Source of the DNA: a virus
Length of the DNA stretch: 64,000 nt
IMG/VR virus record: IMGVR_UViG_3300044837_000097
Span: 18,716-82,715 of that record
Reading direction: 5' to 3' (one strand)
Shown: piece after piece, positions 1-7,654 of the stretch
Layout of the letters: each line of letters starts with the position of its first letter
Position numbering within the stretch: the stretch's first letter is position 1
Program-made: the position numbers and the translations under genes
Notes under the pieces: model-generated
Told to the model about the DNA's origin: nothing
Databases searched by the model: none
Seen by the model: only the letters and a program-made list of their open reading frames with translations

Positions 1-777
1 CAAGAAGCGTTTGCCTTCATCCAGCAATCACAGAGCGCGGGCGCTGCCACATCAGGCGCGAACGAGCAGGTTATGCAGGGCGCAGGGCACGCGGGCATTT
101 CGACGACAGGCATGAGAAGTGGTACTGGCGCGGCGGCTGTTATCAGCGCGAACGCCAGCCGTCTCGACGGCCCAACGGGCCGTTTCGTCCGCCAAGTGTT
201 CGAGCCGTGGTTGCATCAGATGGACGATTTGAACAACGACCTTCTACCGACTCAAGTCATGAAGGATATTCTTGGCGAAGAGTTGGGCGGGTCGATTAAG
301 CTGGACCACATCGAGTACAGAAACTCGTCGGTCAAGTATGAAGTTCTGGCGGGAGCCAACCTCGGTGCCAAGAAGGAAATGGCACAGGCTCTACCGTTCA
401 TCATTCAGTTGATGACCAACCCAGTCTTCGTGAAGAACGCGAACGACGCCGGATACCAGTTCGACGCAATCGCAATCTTCCAAGCGTTCGTGGACGCAGC
501 AGGCTGGAAGTTCTCTCAGGCTTTTCTACGCAAGATGTCGGACAAAGAAGCCCAGCAGTTTCAGGCGAACAGTCCAGCAGCACTCGCGCAACAGCAGGCC
601 AAGAACGCACAAGCCGCCGCAGACCAGAAGTTCAAGCAGGAACAGACTCTCGAAAACCAGAAGCAACTCGGCAAAGCCGGAAACGAGGCGGTACGCGCTT
701 CTATCGAGAAGGCTACACTGCCAGCACTTATGGGTACACCACAAGTCGCTGGTTTTGGCCAAGTCACGGCTTTATAA
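1..777 (+). CDS. Portal protein, C-terminal part (runs off the left edge)
   Basis: Frame is open from base 1. SGANEQVMQG...RSGTGAA and the Q-rich tail resemble P22-like portal C-termini. Lies upstream of scaffold and capsid genes. Confidence 0.7.
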   Translation, partial: QEAFAFIQQSQSAGAATSGANEQVMQGAGHAGISTTGMRSGTGAAAVISANASRLDGPTGRFVRQVFEPWLHQMDDLNNDLLPTQVMKDILGEELGGSIKLDHIEYRNSSVKYEVLAGANLGAKKEMAQALPFIIQLMTNPVFVKNANDAGYQFDAIAIFQAFVDAAGWKFSQAFLRKMSDKEAQQFQANSPAALAQQQAKNAQAAADQKFKQEQTLENQKQLGKAGNEAVRASIEKATLPALMGTPQVAGFGQVTAL

Positions 778-789
778 ACTAATCAGGGT

Positions 790-803
790 GGGGCTTCGGC
801 CCC
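790..803 (+). terminator. GC hairpin with cUUCGg tetraloop after the portal
   Basis: GGGGC-TTCG-GCCCC followed by a weak TCTTAT tail. Confidence 0.4.
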
Positions 804-822
804 TCTTATAAGGAAGTACCCA

Positions 823-1197
823 ATGGCAGAACGTGAACTACTCGGCGCAACCCTTTCATATGAGGAGCGCATCGCTGTCGCACAGCTATCGCAGCAACCG
901 GGCTGGCAGATTTTGGTTCGAATGATTGCCGAAGCGTGCCGCAACGCGACAGAAGCAGTCATCAGGTTGGACCCTCAGACAGAGCGTTATCAGGACAAGG
1001 TCGTGGCGCTGCAAACAACCGCACGAGCCATGAACAAGTTTAGTGCGGCGGTCCTTGATTCAGTCAAGGTTCATCAGCGCACCGCAGTAAGAGAAGCACA
1101 GCGTAAGGAAAACCCAGTGGTGGAAGGCGAAGTGCCGAACCGCTTTAAGGGATTCCGTATGCCAACGACACAATCTCCCTCCGAGGGAGCGAAGTAA
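823..1197 (+). CDS. Small head-associated protein
   Basis: 124 aa, SD AGGA, between portal and scaffold. Confidence 0.6.
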   Translation: MAERELLGATLSYEERIAVAQLSQQPGWQILVRMIAEACRNATEAVIRLDPQTERYQDKVVALQTTARAMNKFSAAVLDSVKVHQRTAVREAQRKENPVVEGEVPNRFKGFRMPTTQSPSEGAK

Positions 1198-1220
1198 GAA
1201 TCAAATTCTAGGTGGACAAA

Positions 1221-2513
1221 ATGAGTTCAATCACTCGCGAGCAGGTCTTGGCTATCAAGACATTTGCCGAAGTTGCAAAGCTGTTGAAGGAAAGTCCGGA
1301 CGAGATGCGCCCGATTATGAAGGGTGAAGTTCTAGTCCACATCCAGTCGCTCATCAATGCGCGCAACGTGCAGCTTGCTGGGCAGGAGACCGAGGTTGAC
1401 CGCCAACTGGCGTTGAACAACCCTCCTTCGACGGAAGAGTTGGCCGAGCAAGCCGCAGCCGTGGCAGCAGAGTCTGCCGCTGTTGTGCCGCCTGTCGTCG
1501 AGGCGACGCCGCCAGCCACAGTTGACCACACCGAGGAAGACGCGTCGTGGAAGACCGAAGGCGTGACCGTGCAGCGTGATGCGCAAGGCAAGATTGTTCG
1601 CATGGTCCAAGAGTATCAGGTTCGTGATGATGACGACTCTCCGATTGGTCGTCCGACGCACCTTGAGGCCCGTACGCCGTACGAGTTGCTCTCGAAGCAG
1701 CGCGTGGCTCACGAGAACGCGACCCGTGCGTTCCACCGCTTGAAGAAGCAGAAGTTGACCTTTAAGCAGACCGAAGAAAATCGTTTGCTGACTCCCGCCG
1801 AGATTAGTGCGGCAGCAACCAAGGCACTCGAAGGCAAAGACGCCGCCGAGGCCGAGAAGATTGTACGCAGCGTGCTTGAGAACGACTTCAAGCAGAAGGA
1901 AACCGCGCTGCTAAATGAACGCGAATACGCGGAAGGACAGAAGATTGGAAACACCTTCATCCGCCGCCACTTGCACGACTTCAATGCGAACGAAGCAAAC
2001 TTGAAGGCGCTTGGTGAGTATCTTCGCGAGCATAACATGGAATTTACGTTGGACAACTTGGAGGCCGCATTCATCGACCTCCGAGACCAAGGTAATAAAC
2101 TCGCCGCCGTTAACGCGGCGGTAACAAGACCAGCGGAGTCGGCTAATACCCCGGCAACCGCGACTCCCGCAGCAGCGCCAACGTCGGAACTCCCGGCGAC
2201 GGCACCGGCAGCGGCAGTGACACCACCAGTAGTAGCCCAACCAGCGGCTGCCGTAAGCCAGCCAGTAGTTGAAGCAACGGTATCTACGCCTGTCGCGCCG
2301 AATCCGGCACCAGCGACCCGTAGACCGGGAGTGAACGGGAGCATTACTCCGGGAACGATGAGCGCACATCGTCCGGGAGCAGTGGACCCGGCGCTCGCGC
2401 GCAAAGAGTTTATGAAGGAACTCAAGGCCATGACATCGGACCAAATTCGCAAGAAGCTAAACGACTCTCAGTTCGTGAAGCAGCTTGAGACGTACGGCGT
2501 CAAGGTTCGCTAA
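1221..2513 (+). CDS. Capsid scaffolding protein (putative)
   Basis: Coiled-coil plus Ala/Pro-rich linkers, immediately upstream of the capsid gene. ATG 1221 follows AGGTGG; GTG 1212 is an alternative start. Confidence 0.6.
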   Translation: MSSITREQVLAIKTFAEVAKLLKESPDEMRPIMKGEVLVHIQSLINARNVQLAGQETEVDRQLALNNPPSTEELAEQAAAVAAESAAVVPPVVEATPPATVDHTEEDASWKTEGVTVQRDAQGKIVRMVQEYQVRDDDDSPIGRPTHLEARTPYELLSKQRVAHENATRAFHRLKKQKLTFKQTEENRLLTPAEISAAATKALEGKDAAEAEKIVRSVLENDFKQKETALLNEREYAEGQKIGNTFIRRHLHDFNANEANLKALGEYLREHNMEFTLDNLEAAFIDLRDQGNKLAAVNAAVTRPAESANTPATATPAAAPTSELPATAPAAAVTPPVVAQPAAAVSQPVVEATVSTPVAPNPAPATRRPGVNGSITPGTMSAHRPGAVDPALARKEFMKELKAMTSDQIRKKLNDSQFVKQLETYGVKVR

Positions 2514-2556
2514 AACCCTCTCCCGCAAACGCGGAGATTAGCTTGCAGAGTGAACT

Positions 2557-5500
2557 ATGTCTGGACCAAATCCAGCAGCATCAAACGTAGCAAACGTCCT
2601 AACGGCGCAAGCCATCATCAAAAAGGTGACACTCTAAAACAACTTGACTGAAAGAGTCAAATGTGCTAGAATAGACAATCTCTTCTTATTGACTTGAAAC
2701 CTGAAACGGCAACAAGGCGGAAGCCGAAAGGCACCGTGAGAGACTAAGCGAAGAGACGCCGAAAGGCGATGCGATAGTCCGTTCTTCCGAGAAAACAATC
2801 GGAAGAAGCAAGCAGAAATGACTTGCTCTCTGGAATACACCAGAGTAACAAAACAGCTTCGACAAGGAACTTATCCCTATCGCGTAAGCGAGCAAGTTCC
2901 GAAGGAATGACATGAAGGTACGAAACATCGTTGGACAGACTTTTGGGAGACTGGCCGCCCAGAGTGCCGCAGGCAGTAACAGCAGGGGGCGAGCACTGTG
3001 GTTGTGTCGTTGTTCTTGTGGCAAAGAGAAAATAGTTCTCGGAGACCACTTAACACGAAAGGATGCCAAAGGCGTAAGGTCTTGCGGATGTTTACAGCAA
3101 GAGAATCGTACAAAGCATGGAGCATTTTCTTCAAATTCAGATATAAAATACCACGTTCGTTATTCTCTTCTGGCAGGCTTGAAGGACAGAAGCCGCAGAA
3201 GGGGCTACGAATCAGACTTAGAAATCTCCGACATACCCGAGATTCCTGAGCTTTGTCCCGTTCTTGGGACTCGTTTGAGTTTGCACCGAAACAGCCACGG
3301 CAAAGGAAAAGGCAGAGGCAGAAATAGACAAGACGCCTCTCCATCAATAGACAGATTTAATTCAAATCTTCCGTACCTTAAAAAGTACAAAGATAATCTG
3401 TGTATTATTTCGTGGCGAGCAAACAAGCTAAAGTCAGACGCGTCTCTTGTCGAGATGAAGAAAGTGGTGGAATATCTTGAAAATTGGGGCACTCAGCAGA
3501 GTGAAAAATCTTCTCTAATTGACTCGAAACCCAACCAAATCGGGGGCAACGAGGCGGAAGCGAATAGCGCCGTGAGAGACTAATCGAGAAGACGCCGAGA
3601 GGCGATGTAATAGTCCGGTCTAACAAATGAAAATTGTTAGAGGCAGGCGGAAACGACCAGTCCCGTGATGGGCGTCACGGTAACATATACGAACCTAAAG
3701 GGTAATACAAACGCCTTCGTTGGAGCAGCAGAGCGTCGTGTTCAGGGCCTTCACATGGGCATCAACCGTACGTTCTTCCAGTACAACACGCTATCGGGTG
3801 ACATCACCCAGAAGGCGGACGGTACTGTAGGCTCGCCGGAAACCATCACCCAGTTGAGCGCACCCGCTCAAATCGGTGAGTGGAAAAACTAAGTTATTCC
3901 ACTATAAACTCAGCTATATCAAATTAGGTCTTGACAAACCGCAAAGGCTCTTGTTAAGATGAGTTTGAGGAAACTCTAAATGGAAAAGAAAGCGTGGCCG
4001 TATGTGGCCGGATTGCTAGATGCAGAAGGGACAATCCAGATTGGCGTCGATAGAAGGCCAGACGGCGTAATCGGGATGTCGCTTCAAATTATCATCACTA
4101 ATACCGACACTCGACTGATGAAGTGGCTTAGTTCAAACTTCGGGGGGAAGTTCTACCGAAGGAAGAACACTCGCGGCTTTTCATCGAGCGAGTCTCCCGA
4201 TATTTACTTTTGGTGGCTTTTCGGTAAAGAAAAACAAGAAGCATTTCTTCTCGGTATCCTTCCTTTTCTCAAAACAAAGAAACAAGAGGCCCTTCTGGGT
4301 CTTGAGTTTGTTCGTTTGGTCGGGTGGAATAAAGAAAGAAAACTTCAAATAGCGGAAGAAATGAAAGCCGCTAAGGTTAGTGATGTAGAGAAAGATAGGC
4401 AAGTTAATCTGACAAGGCTTACCCCCGCAGAAGACTCGGCATACGCCGCAGGGCTTTTTGATGGGGATGGTTCAATCGGCTCAAGCGTAGAGATTACTCA
4501 AAAGAGGATTCTTCTGATGAGGTGGCTCTTGATGTGCTTTGGCGGAAGGTTTAACCAACGCAGCATGAACGGCGGTAAAACTTTTTTCAGGTGGCGTCTC
4601 TCAGGAAAGAAAAACAAAGAGTTGTTTCTTCTTGATTTGATTCCTCATCTTGTTATTAAACGGGACAGTGCAAGAGCATTGCTCGCTTCTCTTAGAGCAT
4701 CAAAGAGTTCCGCAACGACTGACATGTTGAGTACTTCGCAAGAAGTGAAGACACAGTCTGAACTTACTGGTGACAGTAAGAGCGACCCTGTGAAGACACA
4801 GGACTCCATAAACAAAAAGTAACTTCGCGAACTTTTCGTCGTTCGCAATTGCAGCAGCAATTGACGAACTCGTTGGCAACAGCGCCGTGGAACTTGGCTA
4901 CCAAGCTGGGCAGTCCATCAGCGAGTTGTACAGCGCAGTAGCAGACAGCGCCAACTCGGTTGACTCACAGGTTAACCAGTCATCGTTGCTTGCATCTCCG
5001 TACACGCTTGACCTTGGCACCATCCGTGAGTTGAAGCAGCAGCTTGTTTCAAAGAACGTGTTGCCGTGCAAGCGCGGTATGTTCTTGGGCGCAATTAGCC
5101 CGAACGTGTTGGGCGACATTTACAATGCAACGACTGTGAACAACAGCATCGTTGACTTGTGGAAGTACGAGAACATGGAGAAGTACGACCAGATGGCAGG
5201 TTCGGACCAGAACAAGGTCATCGTGTTGCCGGGTACCAACATCGGCTTCATGCAGACCCCGTTCGTGACCACGACTGCTAACTACCAGTCAACAGGCAAA
5301 ATTGGCTACCGCACATACGTGTTCGGTAACTACGCCATGATTGGTGTGTGGTTGCAGGTACCGGGCGACACCGACCTTGACGACGGTGACTGGAAGACGA
5401 TTGACTGCCGCGTCGTAACCGACGCGCCGATGTCATCGTTTGACCCAGTTTCGACGATTGGCGGATGGTGTTCGTACAAATTTCATCAAACCGTTACGTT

Positions 5501-5567
5501 GCCACCGGCAACGGGAACAAACACGCAGCGTATCCGCTACGTAGATTCGGTTCCGGCCATTCAGTAA
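2557..5567 (+). CDS. Major capsid protein (N4-gp56-like), spliced: join(2557..2618,2857..2878,3692..3885,4820..5567), 341 aa
   Basis: 62+22+194+748=1026 nt forms one open frame: MSGPNPAASNVANVLTAQAII-FDKELIP-NLKGNTNAF...QIGEWN-NFANFSSFAIAAAID...DPVSTIGGWCSYKF...IQ. Follows the scaffold gene. Confidence 0.88.
2619..2856 (+). ncRNA. Group I intron 1 of the capsid gene (ORF-less, 238 nt)
   Basis: P1 UCAUC/GGUGA with U2618.G2626; P3 2679-85/2750-56; P7 GACUA 2742-46/UAGUC 2775-79; P8 CGCC-GAAA-GGCG; terminal G2856. Confidence 0.9.
2644..2672 (+). promoter_or_regulatory. Sigma70-type promoter inside intron 1
   Basis: TTGACT, 17-nt spacer, TAGAAT, with extended -10 TG. Confidence 0.6.
2879..3691 (+). 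ncRNA. Group I intron 2 of the capsid gene (813 nt, endonuclease ORF in the P1 loop)
   Basis: Exon end CCCU pairs with distal IGS GGGG 3486-89 (U2878.G3486); P3 3509-15/3586-92; P7 GACUA 3578-82/UAGUC 3611-15; terminal G3691. Core is very similar to intron 1. Confidence 0.88.
2912..3583 (+). CDS. Intron-encoded HNH-type homing endonuclease
   Basis: N-terminal GQTFGRL...WLCRCSCG...SCGC module; C-terminal CPVLG...SIDR...NLCIISWRANKLK. Its stop codon lies in P7. Confidence 0.8.
   Translation: MKVRNIVGQTFGRLAAQSAAGSNSRGRALWLCRCSCGKEKIVLGDHLTRKDAKGVRSCGCLQQENRTKHGAFSSNSDIKYHVRYSLLAGLKDRSRRRGYESDLEISDIPEIPELCPVLGTRLSLHRNSHGKGKGRGRNRQDASPSIDRFNSNLPYLKKYKDNLCIISWRANKLKSDASLVEMKKVVEYLENWGTQQSEKSSLIDSKPNQIGGNEAEANSAVRD
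3886..4819 (+). ncRNA. Group I intron 3 of the capsid gene (934 nt, ORF starts in the P6 loop)
   Basis: IGS AAGUUAUUCCACU 3891-3903 is complementary to the ligated exons; P3 3908-14/4726-32; P7 GACUG 4717-21/CAGUC 4754-58; P8 ACUUC-GCAA-GAAGU; terminal G4819. Confidence 0.85.
3931..3960 (+). promoter_or_regulatory. Sigma70-type promoter in P5 of intron 3, upstream of the LAGLIDADG ORF
   Basis: TTGACA, 18-nt spacer, TAAGAT with extended TG; SD GAGG 3967-70; ATG 3980. Confidence 0.6.
3980..4822 (+). CDS. Intron-encoded double-motif LAGLIDADG homing endonuclease
   Basis: Motifs YVAGLLDAEG and YAAGLFDGDG; AT-rich. Reads through the ribozyme core and its TAA is the first three bases of exon 4. 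Confidence 0.9.
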   Translation: MEKKAWPYVAGLLDAEGTIQIGVDRRPDGVIGMSLQIIITNTDTRLMKWLSSNFGGKFYRRKNTRGFSSSESPDIYFWWLFGKEKQEAFLLGILPFLKTKKQEALLGLEFVRLVGWNKERKLQIAEEMKAAKVSDVEKDRQVNLTRLTPAEDSAYAAGLFDGDGSIGSSVEITQKRILLMRWLLMCFGGRFNQRSMNGGKTFFRWRLSGKKNKELFLLDLIPHLVIKRDSARALLASLRASKSSATTDMLSTSQEVKTQSELTGDSKSDPVKTQDSINKK

Positions 5568-5666
5568 CTAAATAGTTACTATGACGAACTTCCCACGGGC
5601 TTATAATCCGTGGCTTACTAATCAGGGGGAGCCTCGAACTCCCCCAGATTATCTTTCGAGGAGATT

Positions 5667-6095
5667 ATGTCAGAAGCAACAAGAGCAGCAAGTCGTCGTT
5701 ATTATCAAAAGAATAAGGAAGCAGAAAAGATTCGTTCGAAGAAATGGCGTCAAGACAACCCAGAAAAATATAAAGAATGGGCAGAGAAGAATAAAGAAAA
5801 ACGACGTGCTGCCAGTCGTCGATATGAATACAATATCACACCAGAAGAGTATGAACGAAAGAAAGCAGAACAAGGAAACAAATGTGCTATTTGCCGACAG
5901 GAAACTAATTTGCTTGTAGTAGACCATAATCATCTGTGTTGTCCATCGAGAAAAAGCCGAGCAGGATATAAAACTTGTGGCAGATGTAATCGTGGCCTCT
6001 TATGTCGTTCATGTAATACAGCAATCGGATTGTTCAAAGAATCGGAGCAAGTCCTCAGCAGCGCAATCCAATATCTCAAAGGATACCAACAATGA
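5667..6095 (+). CDS. Free-standing endonuclease VII-family homing endonuclease
   Basis: CAIC...VDHNH...RGLLCRSCNTAIG; basic N-terminus; AT-rich. Confidence 0.85.
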   Translation: MSEATRAASRRYYQKNKEAEKIRSKKWRQDNPEKYKEWAEKNKEKRRAASRRYEYNITPEEYERKKAEQGNKCAICRQETNLLVVDHNHLCCPSRKSRAGYKTCGRCNRGLLCRSCNTAIGLFKESEQVLSSAIQYLKGYQQ

Positions 6096-6835
6096 GCATC
6101 ATTTTACCGGGACAAGACGAAACGAGCAAGTACGGCGGCCAGATTCTGAACCCGGAGGGTCCGAAGCAGGACTTCTTCGTGCCGGGGTCCGACGTTGAGA
6201 ATCCTTTCAACGAGCGCCACGACATCAACGCTACACACGAAGCCATCGGAGAACTGTTGAAGGATGGCACACCGAATTGGGTAAAGTGGCCGAACGAATA
6301 CAAGTCGATGGCGAAGGAATCTTTCGCATCGCACCGAGAGGACTCGGAACGCATGGCGGCGCAGTACAAGTGGGCCGACCAAGCAGTCTTGACGGACAAA
6401 GCGTCTCGTCGAGTCAACGGGATTATGACCCGCGATTTTATGACGCGCAAATTGCGCGCCAACGACATCGTTTCCACTCTTTTGCAGAGTGACTACATCA
6501 ACCACGGAGGAGGCCCGACAGCCGCCCTCTGGTGTGTTGTGCCGAACAGTTCTAAACTACGCTTTGTCTGCTATGTGGACATCCCGATGATGTTCGAATG
6601 GAGTGTGTTGAAGCTAGACCAGTACGGCATCCCGGCAGGCGAGGAGTCTCGTGGCTGGCGCACTGTCGCAGTTCAACTGGTTCAGAAAGACATCATTACC
6701 GAGGCGCAGTGCCATAAGATATTCGGCGCGCCCCCGGCAAACAGAATTTCCGACAGATACTATCGCACTCTTTGGGAGAAGAGGCACGGGAAACCGTATC
6801 TCGACGAAGAAGACCGCGAAGGCTTCGGAAGTTAA
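6092..6835 (+). CDS. Hypothetical phage protein
   Basis: 247 aa, ATGA overlap, phage-typical codon use. Confidence 0.7.
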   Translation: MSIILPGQDETSKYGGQILNPEGPKQDFFVPGSDVENPFNERHDINATHEAIGELLKDGTPNWVKWPNEYKSMAKESFASHREDSERMAAQYKWADQAVLTDKASRRVNGIMTRDFMTRKLRANDIVSTLLQSDYINHGGGPTAALWCVVPNSSKLRFVCYVDIPMMFEWSVLKLDQYGIPAGEESRGWRTVAVQLVQKDIITEAQCHKIFGAPPANRISDRYYRTLWEKRHGKPYLDEEDREGFGS

Positions 6836-6915
6836 CGGACGTTGTTTGTCCGACTCGCCTGACCCCGGGCGTCTAACAAGTTCAGGGCAACCGGAAATTC
6901 CGGCTCAAGGAAGTT

Positions 6916-7503
6916 ATGACAAATCAGAAGGGCAGCGGTACTCCGGGCGAGACCCCGGCAACAGAAGTAGACGTACAGTCGGTGCTCGCAGAAGCATCGA
7001 AGACAGGCAATCTATCGGAAGCGAAGTTTATGGCTTTGCTCTCGATTATGATGGCGAAGGAAGCCCGCCTCGCTGAGAAAGAAGCCGCACTTGAAGTTCA
7101 AATCAAGGCGCGTGACCAGCAGCGCAAGCACGAGTCGGAGCAGTACACCATAGCGAAGATTGAGACGCAGAAGGCATGTCGCCACTTGAAGGGTGGTAAA
7201 GGCCGCACGCGCGGTCAACAGCGCGACCCGTCCGTTTACCTTCACACGTACACCAACGGTGACCGCGTAATCAAGTGCACTTTGTGCAGCGCGAAATGGA
7301 TGCCGAAAGACACCGCCGACTATCTGGACCGTAACGGAAACAAAATTCCGAACTGGACAGGCATCGGTTGGGTACAGGCGTTTGAAATGGTGGAAGACAG
7401 CAGCAACAAGCCGTCGTCATCAGAACGCTTTGGAAACACCGCACCGACCTCGATGGTTCCGACCAACGAGCGCGGCGCACAAGTTGCCAACCTACAGATT
7501 TAA
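6916..7503 (+). CDS. Hypothetical protein, coiled coil plus possible Zn site
   Basis: SD AAGGAA; CRH...CTLC. Confidence 0.7.
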   Translation: MTNQKGSGTPGETPATEVDVQSVLAEASKTGNLSEAKFMALLSIMMAKEARLAEKEAALEVQIKARDQQRKHESEQYTIAKIETQKACRHLKGGKGRTRGQQRDPSVYLHTYTNGDRVIKCTLCSAKWMPKDTADYLDRNGNKIPNWTGIGWVQAFEMVEDSSNKPSSSERFGNTAPTSMVPTNERGAQVANLQI

Positions 7504-7515
7504 TCTCTAAACCGA

Positions 7516-7540
7516 GGGGCGGCGGTTCCGCCCCCTTTTT
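7516..7540 (+). terminator. Rho-independent terminator
   Basis: GGGGCGG-CGGTT-CCGCCCC followed by CTTTTT. Confidence 0.75.
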
Positions 7541-7654
7541 CTCAGGGGAAAAATGGCCTCAGTCGCAACCAGCCAAACAACTCAAGCCTCGCAATACGGA
7601 TTCTGCACCCCATCACATTTTAACGCGCCCTCATCTGCGCGAGGATTTTAATTT

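Noticed and set aside
1208-2452. Long antisense ORFs here and throughout the ORF track
   Set aside because: Shadow frames of GC3-rich genes with no SD or recognisable motifs.
3665-3892. 75-aa ORF, and the 226-aa ORF at 4887, as independent genes
   Set aside because: They are exons 3 and 4 of the spliced capsid gene.
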